The position numbers and the translations under genes are program-made. Under the pieces are notes generated by a model. It made no database searches, was not told where the DNA came from, and saw only the letters and a list, made by a program, of their open reading frames with translations. Positions 8,749-18,406 of a DNA stretch of 38,527 nucleotides are shown one piece after another. This stretch comes from Nitrospira sp. (GTDB lineage Bacteria; Nitrospirota; Nitrospiria; Nitrospirales; Nitrospiraceae): the NCBI GenBank assembly GCA_035454845.1, contig DATIGH010000025.1:1-38527 (forward strand). Reading direction: 5' to 3'. Positions within the stretch are counted from its first letter, which is position 1. Each line of letters opens with the position of its first letter.

Positions 8749-9876
8749 CTACGCACGCGTCATCGCCTGATAGACGAGATCATGGATGAAAGGACGGAAC
8801 GCTCGTATAGAGTCGTTCTTTCGGGAGGGATGTACGCGGTTGGTGAGCAACACCACTTCCAGCCTTCGTTGCGGATCGATCCATAAAGAGGTGCCGGTAA
8901 ATCCGAGATGACCGAATGACTCGCGGGAGAAATGAGTTCCAGAGGAAGAAGGGACGGTCGGCGTATCCCAGCCCAGCACCCAACTCGATTGCTGAGGCTG
9001 TGATTGCTTTGTGGTGAACTGGCGAACAAGATGCCGGTCAAGGAATGATCGATCGTCGTGGTAGGCAGTCAGCCAGGCCCCCGAGACCGCTAAGACAGAT
9101 TCCGCCGTCCCGAATAAGCCGGCATGGCCTGCGACACCTCCCATCGCCGCGGCATTTTCATCATGCACTTCTCCTTTCAAATGGCGTCTTCGCCATTCAT
9201 CCCATTCCGTTGGCGCGATTCTGAAACTCAATTGACTGACTTGAGAGGCAGATCCCGCTGGCGCCGCACGGTTGAAAAACAGCGGGGCTGCGTTTAGCGG
9301 GAGCGCCACGGCCTGATGAAAATATTCATCCAACAACCGGCCGCTCACGCGCTCAACGGCAATTCCTAGCAGCATGAATCCAAGATCGCTGTACAGGGCT
9401 TGCTCTCCGATTGTCGAGACCAGCGGTTCATCTCTGATGAGACGCATAACCGCCTGCCGGACGACGCTCGGTTCTTCTCGACCCCATGCCACCCCTTCAG
9501 CAATCAGCCGTTCGTAGAGCGGGCGCCATCCAGGCAGCCCCGACCGATGTGTCAGCAAATCGCGCGCTGTAGCTGAACCGATGGGCGTTCCTTTCAGCTC
9601 GACGAGCACATTTCCCAGGACCCCATCGAGTTCGAGCTGTCCCGCTTGCACTAACAAGAGAATCGACGTGGCAGTGGCAAGCGGCTTGGTCAACGAGGCC
9701 AGATCGTAGATCGTGGATGCTTGCACGGGCTGAGACCCCGGTGCTGTAGAAAGTGATCCGGCGGTGACGAGGAGTTTGATTTCGCCCTCCCATCGCGCTG
9801 CTAACACACCCCCGGGAAAGACGCCGTCCTGAACAGCCTGATTCATGGCGGCTTGGATGACGGCCGTGTCATTCAT
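8749..9876 (-). CDS. Serine hydrolase, beta-lactamase-related family (AmiE/YbbE-like)
   Basis: SxxK (DLASLTK), LLTHRSGL, YSDLGF, GEVHDENA, GHAGLFG, GHLGFTGT and LLTNRVHP. No signal peptide is evident. Confidence 0.88.
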   Translation of the reverse strand: MNDTAVIQAAMNQAVQDGVFPGGVLAARWEGEIKLLVTAGSLSTAPGSQPVQASTIYDLASLTKPLATATSILLLVQAGQLELDGVLGNVLVELKGTPIGSATARDLLTHRSGLPGWRPLYERLIAEGVAWGREEPSVVRQAVMRLIRDEPLVSTIGEQALYSDLGFMLLGIAVERVSGRLLDEYFHQAVALPLNAAPLFFNRAAPAGSASQVSQLSFRIAPTEWDEWRRRHLKGEVHDENAAAMGGVAGHAGLFGTAESVLAVSGAWLTAYHDDRSFLDRHLVRQFTTKQSQPQQSSWVLGWDTPTVPSSSGTHFSRESFGHLGFTGTSLWIDPQRRLEVVLLTNRVHPSRKNDSIRAFRPFIHDLVYQAMTRA

Positions 9877-9976
9877 CTGAAAACAGCGCGCTGTCGAGGA
9901 ATCGGTGGATTATGCCTGCGGCCGGCATAGGCGGCAGTGAGTAGAAAGAGGCCGAGAGGAAGAGTCCGTCACCTGG

Positions 9977-10489
9977 TTACAAGGCCGGGCTCGACTCTCC
10001 TTCCAGCTTGTGTTCGGCATGGGTTGCCCCGTCGTGGAAGGCCTCCTGTTCTTCGACTTCCAACATGCGCTCGAAGGTGCGTAAGGTCGCCCGCAGCCGC
10101 TCCACCATCAGCAGCCGCTGCTTCTGCAGCGCCGAAAGATCCCGCTGGGTATTGGTGAGTTCCACCCGGGCCTGACGGATCATTTCACCCGCCTTCAGCT
10201 CGGCTTCCTTGATAACAAGCTCCGACTCACGCTGTGCACTCCGCTTCACATCCTCAGCGAGCGACTGGGCGGACACGAGCGTATTGGACAGTGTGGCCTC
10301 CGTGCGCTTCAATTCCGTCAGTTGCTGCTCGAGGAACACAATTTTTTCGCGCTGCACCGCATTCTCACGATTCAGCTCTTCGACAGTCTCGGCGATCTCT
10401 TCCAGAAAGCGATTGACTTCTTCTTTGTCGTAGCCTCGAAAGCCGGTCTTGAAGACCATCTGTTGAATATCCAGCGGTGTGATTTTCAT
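9977..10489 (-). CDS. divIVA: DivIVA domain protein
   Basis: MKITPLDIQQMVFKTGFRGYDKEEVNRFL followed by a long coiled coil; ATG 10489 with AAGGGGG upstream. Confidence 0.92.
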   Translation of the reverse strand: MKITPLDIQQMVFKTGFRGYDKEEVNRFLEEIAETVEELNRENAVQREKIVFLEQQLTELKRTEATLSNTLVSAQSLAEDVKRSAQRESELVIKEAELKAGEMIRQARVELTNTQRDLSALQKQRLLMVERLRATLRTFERMLEVEEQEAFHDGATHAEHKLEGESSPAL

Positions 10490-10505
10490 GGCGCCCCCTT
10501 TCAAG

Positions 10506-10802
10506 TCAATTCATCTGATGTGCGAGATCGCTCAGCGTTTTGACGAGGGCGATCTGCAAAAAACTGATGATGAGTATGGCAATGATCGGCGAGAGATCGA
10601 TGCCCATTCTCCATCCAATCCATCGGCGAATCGGCGCAAGCACCGGCTCCGTGACGCGTTCCAAGAACTGCACAATCGGATTCCAGGGATCGGGATTGAC
10701 CCATGAAATCAGGGCCCTGGCAATGATGACCCACATGTACAGCCAGAGAACGGTATCCAGGATGGTGGCCAATGCCTGCAGCACGTTACTCATCACAAAC
10801 AT
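10506..10802 (-). CDS. yggT: YggT family membrane protein
   Basis: ISWVNPDPWNPIVQFLERVTEPVLAPIRR...IDLSPI motif. Confidence 0.93.
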   Translation of the reverse strand: MFVMSNVLQALATILDTVLWLYMWVIIARALISWVNPDPWNPIVQFLERVTEPVLAPIRRWIGWRMGIDLSPIIAILIISFLQIALVKTLSDLAHQMN

Positions 10803-11617
10803 CAGCGCGCAAGCTCCTGTGAGCGCTTGGTGGCCGCTTCGACAGCCGCCATCAGTGTAGCACGGAACCGGCCCTCTTCAAGCCGATGCAGGCCTGCGAT
10901 CGTGGTACCGCCAGGCGACGCCACACGGTCTTTGAGCTTCGCCGGATGGTCGCCCGATTCAAGGACCATTTTCGCCGCCCCGAGCACCGTTTGCGCAGCC
11001 AGGATCTCCGCTGTCTGACGGGGCAGTCCCATTTTCACGCCTCCGTCTGCCAGCGCTTCGATCGCTTGGAATACGTAGGCCGGGCCGCTGCCGCTGAGAC
11101 CGGTTACCGCGTCCATGAGACGCTCCTCAATGGGGATGACCCGTCCCACCGCTTGAAAGACGGCACGGGCAATGGCCTTATCCTCTTCGGCGAGTGCGCC
11201 GCTCCAGGCCAGCGCAGTCATGCCTTCCCGCACCAGGGCGGGCATGTTGGGCATGGCACGGATAACGCGCCTTGCACCTGGGGCCTGGTTCATGATGGCT
11301 TGAATCGTGACGCCCGCCGCGATCGAGATGAGCAGCACGCGGTTGAGATCTGCGCCGACCTCTTTCAACACCTCCGGCAAAACCTGCGGTTTCACCGCAA
11401 GTATCACGACATCCGCCCACGCTACGGCCTGACGATTATCTGATCCCACGCGCACTGCAAACTGGCTTTTCAATCGATCGCAGCGAGCGGGCACCGGATC
11501 GGTCGCCCAGAGCCCTTCCGAAGGGCAGACACTTCCTGCCAGCAGGCCGCCGATGATCGCTTCGGCCATCTGCCCGCCGCCCACGAACGCCAGCTTCTTC
11601 GTCAAGGGACTAGCCAC
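10802..11617 (-). CDS. proC: Pyrroline-5-carboxylate reductase
   Basis: FVGGGQMA, LAVKPQ, SIAAGV, RAMPN, GLSGSGPAY and SPGGTT motifs. Confidence 0.96.
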   Translation of the reverse strand: MASPLTKKLAFVGGGQMAEAIIGGLLAGSVCPSEGLWATDPVPARCDRLKSQFAVRVGSDNRQAVAWADVVILAVKPQVLPEVLKEVGADLNRVLLISIAAGVTIQAIMNQAPGARRVIRAMPNMPALVREGMTALAWSGALAEEDKAIARAVFQAVGRVIPIEERLMDAVTGLSGSGPAYVFQAIEALADGGVKMGLPRQTAEILAAQTVLGAAKMVLESGDHPAKLKDRVASPGGTTIAGLHRLEEGRFRATLMAAVEAATKRSQELAR

Positions 11618-12320
11618 GCCGCCCTCCGAAGATTACCGTGCCGAGACGAATGAGCGTGGCACCCTCCTGAATCGCCTCCACGTAATCGCTCGACATGCCC
11701 ATAGAGAGTTCCGTTAATGAGATTCCAGGAATTCCCTGTCGCATCAATAGCGCCGACAGGTGCCGCAGGCGGCGGAAATGCGGTCGTGATTGCTCCGCAT
11801 CTCGGACTACTGGAGGGATGGCCATAAGCCCTTGGATTGCCACATGCTTCAGTGCCGCCAGTTGGGGAAAGGCCTCCTCAAGTTTCTTTTCTAAAAACCC
11901 CGCTTTGCTGGGTTCTGCGCCCAGATTGATCTCAAGCAGAATGTTCTGTCGTATTCCTGCTGCGGCAGCCCGGTGATCGATCTCCGTGGCCAATTCCAGG
12001 CTGTCGACAGAATGAATCAGGTCGAAGACTCCAACCACCGCCCGGACTTTTCGCCGTTGAAGCTGACCGATGAAATGCCAGGTGATGCCCTCTTTCTTTA
12101 ACGCCTCGATCTTGGGAAGCGCTTCCTGCAAACGGTTTTCACCGGCAATCCGCAGCCCCGCGGCAATGGCTTCGCGGATGCGCTCGACCGGGACCGACTT
12201 CGTCGCCGCGACCAACCGCACCTCCCCCTCGTCACGGCCCGACTCACGTAATGCGCGTCGGATCTGATCGTACACCAATGTGAGACGATCCCTGATTGAG
12301 CCATCGACTTCGACATGCAT
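11610..12320 (-). CDS. yggS: YggS family pyridoxal-phosphate homeostasis protein
   Basis: LVAATK, GENRLQE, WHFIGQLQ, HSVDS, GLMAIPP, LSMGMSSDY and RLGTVIFG motifs. Confidence 0.95.
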   Translation of the reverse strand: MHVEVDGSIRDRLTLVYDQIRRALRESGRDEGEVRLVAATKSVPVERIREAIAAGLRIAGENRLQEALPKIEALKKEGITWHFIGQLQRRKVRAVVGVFDLIHSVDSLELATEIDHRAAAAGIRQNILLEINLGAEPSKAGFLEKKLEEAFPQLAALKHVAIQGLMAIPPVVRDAEQSRPHFRRLRHLSALLMRQGIPGISLTELSMGMSSDYVEAIQEGATLIRLGTVIFGGRRG

Positions 12321-12386
12321 CTTCGCCCGAACGAGCCCGCCATTTCCCGCGAATCGTGTATTGTACCGAAATCGCTCGGGGCGCGG

Positions 12387-13109
12387 CTACCGGCGAGACA
12401 CCAACGTGATTCCATTGAGCATCGTCCCGTTCACACGTCCCTCGCGACGATAGGAATAAAAGAGCGCAGGATGACAGATCGTACAGACATTGACGACCGT
12501 GATCTGTTGCTCGGGGATCCCCATTTCCGCGGTCTGGCGCCGCACGAGCGCCTTTAAATCCAATCGCGCGTTGGTGCCGCGGTCTTGACGAAGCAGCGAA
12601 GGCCAGTCCGCCCTGTCACGGCGCAACGGTTCGAGCACCGCATGATCAACCTCATAACAACAGGGTCCTGCCGATGGACCAATGCTGACACGGAGATCGC
12701 CTGTCTGGATGGCGAATCTCGCGGCCATCAATTCAATCGTCTTCGGCACGATACCGGCCAAGGCTCCTCGCCAGCCGGCATGGATGGCGGCGACGGCTCT
12801 TCGTCGTCGATCGTAGACGAGCACAGGCACACAATCCGCCGTTCGCACCACCACCGTCACCCCCGGCTGATCGGTGACTAACGCATCCCATCCGCCTTCG
12901 AAACGATCGGCTGCTGTCACCGGCCGGTCAACGATCAAGGCGTCGGTCCCGTGCACCTGCCTTACGGACAACATCCAGCTACGGTTCCGAACATCCGACG
13001 CCGGCACACCGGTTTCATAAGGCATCGGCGCGTGGTGCCTGGTGCCAAAGAAATGCCGGACGCCTTCGTGCGCCGATCCGAACGCGGGCACGGTAATGAC
13101 GGGTGCCAT
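12387..13109 (-). CDS. pgeF: Peptidoglycan editing factor PgeF (YfiH/YlmD family)
   Basis: QVHG, DALVT, TADCVPV, HAGWRG, IGPSAGPCCYEV and YSYRR motifs; directly after ftsZ. Confidence 0.93.
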   Translation of the reverse strand: MAPVITVPAFGSAHEGVRHFFGTRHHAPMPYETGVPASDVRNRSWMLSVRQVHGTDALIVDRPVTAADRFEGGWDALVTDQPGVTVVVRTADCVPVLVYDRRRRAVAAIHAGWRGALAGIVPKTIELMAARFAIQTGDLRVSIGPSAGPCCYEVDHAVLEPLRRDRADWPSLLRQDRGTNARLDLKALVRRQTAEMGIPEQQITVVNVCTICHPALFYSYRREGRVNGTMLNGITLVSRR

Positions 13110-13139
13110 TACTGGATCCTCCCACCCGATCCTACCGGA

Positions 13140-14321
13140 TCAGTCAGTTTGCTTTCGCAAGAACGTCGGCACGTCCCACTCGTCGTCGGCGATGACGGCG
13201 AGGCGTTCCATGGACTCGCGTTGCTCACCCATCCGCCGTAGGTAGGTCGGCCGGTCGAGGTCCTTGCGGGGCCGGTCAGCCACCACGGCTCCGACGCCGT
13301 TGAGGGCTTGCTGAGCAGCGCGGACCGTGCGAGGCGCGGCCACGCCCACCGGCGCGGGTTGATCGTCCCGCTCGAACCCCGTGGCGATGACGGTGACGAC
13401 AAGATCGTCACCCATGTCCGGATTGATCACCTGGCCGACGATGATATTGGCCTCGGCATCCGCCGCCTGCTGGATGATAGAAGCCGCCTCTTCGATCTCA
13501 TGCAAGGACATGTTCGGACCGCCGGTGATGTTCAGGAGCACACCGCGTGCACCTTCGACGCTGCCTTCTTCGAGCAACGGGCTGCAAATGGCTTTCTGCG
13601 CCGCCTCGATCGCGCGATTGTTCCCCCTCGAAACGCCCATGCCCATCACCGCCCGCCCGGTGTGGGACATCACCGTGCGTACGTCCGCAAAATCCACATT
13701 GACGTGTCCGGTCGTCGTGATCACATCCGCAATCCCTTGAATCGCCTGGCGCAACACGTCGTCGGCGACTTTGAAGGCTTCGAGCAAGGGCGTGGCTTTA
13801 TCCACAATGCCGAGCAAGCGTTGATTGGGAATCACCAACAGTGTATCGACATGCCGCCTCAGATCTCGGATTCCTTCATCGGCATGCGTCATTCGCCGAT
13901 GCCCTTCGTAGGAAAATGGCTTTGTGACGACACCGACGGTTAAAATCCCGAGTTCCCTGGCAATGCTGGCCACGATCGGCGCGGCACCGGTTCCGGTTCC
14001 CCCTCCCATTCCCGCTGTGACAAAGACCAAGTCGGCACCTTCGAGACATTCCCGAATCTGATCCTTGCTTTCCAGCGCCGATTCCTTGCCGATTTCCGGC
14101 TTGGCTCCTGCTCCCAATCCCCTCGTCCGCTCCGGGCCGAGTTGAACCTTGTACGCCGCTCGCGAGCGATCCAAGGCCTGAAGGTCCGTGTTGGCCGCGA
14201 TAAAGTCGACGCGGGCCAGGCCCGACGTGATCATCGTGTTCACGGCATTGCATCCCGCGCCACCCACACCAATCACTTTAATGCGGACAGGCGACAGACA
14301 ATCTTCTTGGAATGAGAACAT
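13140..14321 (-). CDS. ftsZ: Cell division protein FtsZ
   Basis: [13 protein letters not shown], tubulin signature [15 protein letters not shown] and C-terminal DVPTFLRKQ. Confidence 0.99.
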   Translation of the reverse strand: MFSFQEDCLSPVRIKVIGVGGAGCNAVNTMITSGLARVDFIAANTDLQALDRSRAAYKVQLGPERTRGLGAGAKPEIGKESALESKDQIRECLEGADLVFVTAGMGGGTGTGAAPIVASIARELGILTVGVVTKPFSYEGHRRMTHADEGIRDLRRHVDTLLVIPNQRLLGIVDKATPLLEAFKVADDVLRQAIQGIADVITTTGHVNVDFADVRTVMSHTGRAVMGMGVSRGNNRAIEAAQKAICSPLLEEGSVEGARGVLLNITGGPNMSLHEIEEAASIIQQAADAEANIIVGQVINPDMGDDLVVTVIATGFERDDQPAPVGVAAPRTVRAAQQALNGVGAVVADRPRKDLDRPTYLRRMGEQRESMERLAVIADDEWDVPTFLRKQTD

Positions 14322-14366
14322 CAGGGCACCTCCCTTGGCGCGAGGCGATGCCGCGCGCCGGTTAAG

Positions 14367-15602
14367 TTAGAAGAACTCGAACATCCACGACTTCATTCGA
14401 TCCAACATCCGGCCGATCGGCCTCCCGCTTCTGAGCCCGGCCGCGACGGTCTCTTCCGTATGACGCCGCGCATGAAGCAGTAATCCAACTCCGGTGGCAT
14501 GCATGGGATTACTGACAATATCTCGTAGGCCGCCGATGCCGCTGGGCACGCCTCGGCGGGCCGGAAGATTGAGGACATGTTCGGCCGCGTCAGGCATGCC
14601 TTCCAACAATGATGTGCCGCCGGTGACGACGACTCCTGCTCCCAACATCCCTTCATACCCGGCACGTGTGATCTCACGTCGAACCAGTTCGAACATCTCT
14701 TCGACACGCGGTTCCAAAATTTCGGCGATGTCACGCCGAGAAAACGTTCGTGCGGGGCGATCACCGACGGAGGGCACGTCCACTGTCTCGTGGCCCTGCA
14801 CCAGGTCGGTCCTTGTCACGCCATGTTGCACCTTGATCTTTTCGGCTTCTGTTTGGGAGGTGAGGAGCCCAATGGCAAGATCCTTCGTCAAGTTCTGGCC
14901 GCCGATCGGCAGAACTGCTGAATGCCGGATGCTTCCATCCAGATAGATGGCCAAGTCCGTTGTACCCCCTCCCAGGTCCACCATCGCGACACCGAGATCT
15001 CGTTCTTCCTGGCTGAGGACCGCCTCGCTGGAGGCCAGGGGCTGCAGGATAATGTCGACGACGTCGAGGCCGGCGCGGTTGACGCTTTTGATGATGTTCT
15101 GAGCCGACGTGACGGCGCCTGTGATGACGTGTACGTTCACCTCCAGGCGATTGCCCGAGAGTCCCAACGGCTCTCTGACTCCCTCCTGTCCATCCACCAT
15201 GAACTCACGCGGGAGAACATGGAGGATGCGGCGCTCATGCGGGATGACGGCGAGCGTCCTGGCACTTTCGATGGCACGATGGATGTCATCGCGAGTGACC
15301 TCGCTTTTTTTGAGTGCGACGACTCCTTTGCAGTTTTCGGCTGAGATATGACTGCCGGCGATCCCGGTGTAGACAGAATTGATCTGCACCGCTGCCATCA
15401 ACTCCGCTTCCTCGACCGCCTTCTTGATCGATTCGACGGTGCTCTCGATATCCACGACCACACCTTTGCGAAGCCCTCGAGATGGACTCGAGCCCACGCC
15501 AATAATGTTCAATGTGCCGTCCTCCGTGACCTCCGACACGATGGCGCAGATCTTCGTGGTGCCGATATCCAATCCCACGAGGATTTGTTCACGTTTCGCC
15601 AC
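14367..15602 (-). CDS. ftsA: Cell division protein FtsA
   Basis: GLDIGTTKI, GLRKGVVVDIE, DLGGGTTD, VVTGG and a C-terminal amphipathic helix (RMKSWMFEFF). Confidence 0.98.
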   Translation of the reverse strand: MAKREQILVGLDIGTTKICAIVSEVTEDGTLNIIGVGSSPSRGLRKGVVVDIESTVESIKKAVEEAELMAAVQINSVYTGIAGSHISAENCKGVVALKKSEVTRDDIHRAIESARTLAVIPHERRILHVLPREFMVDGQEGVREPLGLSGNRLEVNVHVITGAVTSAQNIIKSVNRAGLDVVDIILQPLASSEAVLSQEERDLGVAMVDLGGGTTDLAIYLDGSIRHSAVLPIGGQNLTKDLAIGLLTSQTEAEKIKVQHGVTRTDLVQGHETVDVPSVGDRPARTFSRRDIAEILEPRVEEMFELVRREITRAGYEGMLGAGVVVTGGTSLLEGMPDAAEHVLNLPARRGVPSGIGGLRDIVSNPMHATGVGLLLHARRHTEETVAAGLRSGRPIGRMLDRMKSWMFEFF

Positions 15603-15606
15603 AGCC

Positions 15607-16476
15607 TCACCCCCTCTCCCGCACGATCACCCGATTGTCGTATCGCAGATCCACCTCCTGGCCTTCGTGCTTTCGCCCTTCAAACGTCGGCATCTTGTAT
15701 GCCGCTTTCACTTTCATGAATCGCTCCCATTGCTCCTTGAGCGCATCACTCCCAAAATGAAACCGCACGCCTTTCGCCGATGCAACGAGATTGGCCGGAT
15801 GGCTGAGATTGATTTCAATTCGGCCCTCCATTGTTTCGGCCATTGATTTGGCCAACTCGATCGTCGACCGGAGCCGCTGCCTCATGCGGGCGTCGCCTTG
15901 CGTCAGGAGTGTACCGTCGAGACCGACCAAGAGAGGCAAGCTCGTCTGATCCTGGGTGCCAAGGCGTGCAAGGACGACACCCTCCTCGTCGGTCACGAGC
16001 TGTTCCGACCCGGTTCGCGCAATGGCCGCCGGTTTCCGTTCGACAATCGTCACCCGCAGGGCATGCAGCGGCAACCGCTCCACCATTGCTTCCTTGATCC
16101 AGGGGTGGCTCCGCACCCGTTCGGCGAGATAGGTCAAACTGACTTGGTGCTGTGCGATCCCTTTCTTGAGCGCCAACCGGTCAAGCACTTCCTGTCTAGT
16201 GACTTGATGCATCCCTTCGACAAACACGTCCCGTATCTCGAGACCTCGCTGAAGCAATGGACCGAGCTGACGCGCCGATGCGACCGTCGTCCAGCCCACC
16301 GCCACCAGCGCGAGTAACCATCCGGAGAGACGCAGCGCACTGCAGCATCGAGCCGCCAAGTGGGACCGCTGGGTTTGCTGCGCACGAGTCTTGGACTGCA
16401 TGGCACGGGCACCCTTCCACTGATTGCTCCGATAGCCGACCGCTTTGGCGGGTCGCCGGCAAAATAGATTTCTCAT
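15607..16476 (-). CDS. ftsQ: Cell division protein FtsQ/DivIB
   Basis: Basic N-terminus, one TM segment, POTRA-like segment (HPWIKEAMVERLPLHALRVTIVERKPAA), C-terminal VDLRYDNRVIVR; between ddl and ftsA. The exact start is uncertain. Confidence 0.88.
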   Translation of the reverse strand: MRNLFCRRPAKAVGYRSNQWKGARAMQSKTRAQQTQRSHLAARCCSALRLSGWLLALVAVGWTTVASARQLGPLLQRGLEIRDVFVEGMHQVTRQEVLDRLALKKGIAQHQVSLTYLAERVRSHPWIKEAMVERLPLHALRVTIVERKPAAIARTGSEQLVTDEEGVVLARLGTQDQTSLPLLVGLDGTLLTQGDARMRQRLRSTIELAKSMAETMEGRIEINLSHPANLVASAKGVRFHFGSDALKEQWERFMKVKAAYKMPTFEGRKHEGQEVDLRYDNRVIVRERG

Positions 16477-17450
16477 GCGGCCTGTCCCGTCGTTCTCATT
16501 CTTGCCACCGCGGATTCGAGGATTCGCTCGGTCAGTTCCTCATAGTCGATACCCGCCTGCGCAGCCGCCATCGGCAACAGGCTCGTCTCGGTCATGCCGG
16601 GGACCGTATTAATCTCAAGCACGAACGGTCGCCCGCGCGGAGTCACGCGAAAGTCCACACGGGCAGCCCCGGCGCACCCCAAGACATCGTATGTCTTAAG
16701 AGCGAGATTGCGGATGTGCTTGGTGATGGCAGCGGACAGCGGCGCTGGGCATAAATATTGGGTCTTCCCCCTTTCATATTTTGCAGAAAAATCGTAGAAG
16801 CCCTCAGGAGCCACGATTTCGACGGCTGGTAGCGCCAGAGGAGCCTCCTCCTTCCGACCCAGCAGTGAGACAGTGACTTCATGGCCTGGAATGTAGGCTT
16901 CAACTAAGGCATCACGATCGTACTGGTGAGCCAATGCCAGGGCCTGATCCCATTGAGCCGGTTCTTTCACGATCGTGATGCCAATCGTGGACCCTTCGGA
17001 CGCCGGCTTCACGACGACGGGCCATCGGAGCTTGGCTGACCGCAAGGCTTGCGCGCGCGAGACCTTTTCCCCGCGTCTGATGACGATACCGGCCGGCACG
17101 GGAATCTCATGGGCGGCGAGGACCGTTTTCGTCGTGACCTTGTGCATGCCGACCGCACTCGCCTGCACACCCGACCCAGTGTAGGGGATACCTACGGTTT
17201 CTAAAAATCCCTGAATCGATCCGTCCTCTCCTCCTGGGCCGTGCAGTGCCAGAAACGCGACAGCGATCTTCTCGTCCTGCAGATCCCGGAACAGCGTCGG
17301 CCCGACATCAATGGTGACCGCGTCATATCCGCGCCGGCATAACGCTCGGTGGACGGCAGTACCGGTACGCAACGACACCTCGCGCTCGGAGGATCGTCCA
17401 CCCATCAACACGCCGATTCGAGCCTTTGTCAGCAGCGGTCTGTCTGGCAT
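16473..17450 (-). CDS. ddl: D-alanine--D-alanine ligase
   Basis: GGRSSEREVSL, LHGPGGEDG, GIPYTGSG, KPASEGST, YDFSAKY and LEINTVPGMT motifs. Confidence 0.97.
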   Translation of the reverse strand: MPDRPLLTKARIGVLMGGRSSEREVSLRTGTAVHRALCRRGYDAVTIDVGPTLFRDLQDEKIAVAFLALHGPGGEDGSIQGFLETVGIPYTGSGVQASAVGMHKVTTKTVLAAHEIPVPAGIVIRRGEKVSRAQALRSAKLRWPVVVKPASEGSTIGITIVKEPAQWDQALALAHQYDRDALVEAYIPGHEVTVSLLGRKEEAPLALPAVEIVAPEGFYDFSAKYERGKTQYLCPAPLSAAITKHIRNLALKTYDVLGCAGAARVDFRVTPRGRPFVLEINTVPGMTETSLLPMAAAQAGIDYEELTERILESAVARMRTTGQAA

Positions 17451-17454
17451 CTTG

Positions 17455-18402
17455 TTATGCCTCGCCGACGATTTTGAGTTCGAGATCCAGCCGGATACCT
17501 GTTTTTTCTTTGATCACCCGTCGGATCTTGTGGATCAGACTGATTACGTCGGCAGCACTCGCATGTCCTCGATTGACGATGAAGTTGCCGTGCTTCGTCG
17601 AGACTTCGGCATCACCGATGCGCATTCCCTTCAATCCTGCCGCTTCGAGCAGACGGCCGGCGGAATCACGAGGAGGATTCTTGAACACACAGCCGGCGCT
17701 GGGCATCGTCAGCGGCTGGCTGTCCTTCCTGTAATGGAGATAGTCTTTGACCACTCGGGCAATGTCGGTACTGGTGCCTGGCCGCAATTGCAACCAAACC
17801 CCGACCACAATGCCTTTCGGCAGACAGGCACGGCGGTATTGAAATCGTATTGCTGAAGCCGGCAGATCTCGGACGTCGCCCTGCATCGTCACAAGCCGCA
17901 CGGCCTTCACGGCGTTCTTCATTTCACCGAGCCGTGTCCCCGCATTCATCACGAGACATCCTCCGACTGTCCCCGGAATGCCGGCCGCCCACTCCAACCC
18001 GGCCAGTGACCGACGTATGGCGTACCCGATCAGCGTCGGCATCCCGACCCCTCCTTCGGCGTACAGCACAGCACCGGCTTCTTCACGGATCGCGCGGAGC
18101 TTGGAAAGACTGACCACGATGCCTCGGATTCCTCCGTCCTTGATGAGCAGATTGGTACCCCCCAGCACAAACAGCGGAATTTTCGCCGTATGCGCTTGGA
18201 CGACCAGCCGCCGCACATCGTCGACATCCGCCGGTTCCACAAGCGCATCCGCAGGCCCACCGATCTTGAAGGAGGTGTAGGCCCGCAGCGCAGCGCCGAA
18301 CGTAACCCGGCCTCGAAGCCCTGCCACCGCTGCCTCCAGGCCCTTCCTGTCGAATCGAGATCCGGCACGCATGCCTCTCGCTCGCCGTTTCGCAACCTTC
18401 AT
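17455..18402 (-). CDS. murB: UDP-N-acetylenolpyruvoylglucosamine reductase
   Basis: TSFKIGGPA, GGTNLL, GIPGTVGG, MNAG, SAGCVFKNP and KHGNFIVN motifs. Confidence 0.96.
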   Translation of the reverse strand: MKVAKRRARGMRAGSRFDRKGLEAAVAGLRGRVTFGAALRAYTSFKIGGPADALVEPADVDDVRRLVVQAHTAKIPLFVLGGTNLLIKDGGIRGIVVSLSKLRAIREEAGAVLYAEGGVGMPTLIGYAIRRSLAGLEWAAGIPGTVGGCLVMNAGTRLGEMKNAVKAVRLVTMQGDVRDLPASAIRFQYRRACLPKGIVVGVWLQLRPGTSTDIARVVKDYLHYRKDSQPLTMPSAGCVFKNPPRDSAGRLLEAAGLKGMRIGDAEVSTKHGNFIVNRGHASAADVISLIHKIRRVIKEKTGIRLDLELKIVGEA

Positions 18403-18406
18403 CGCC

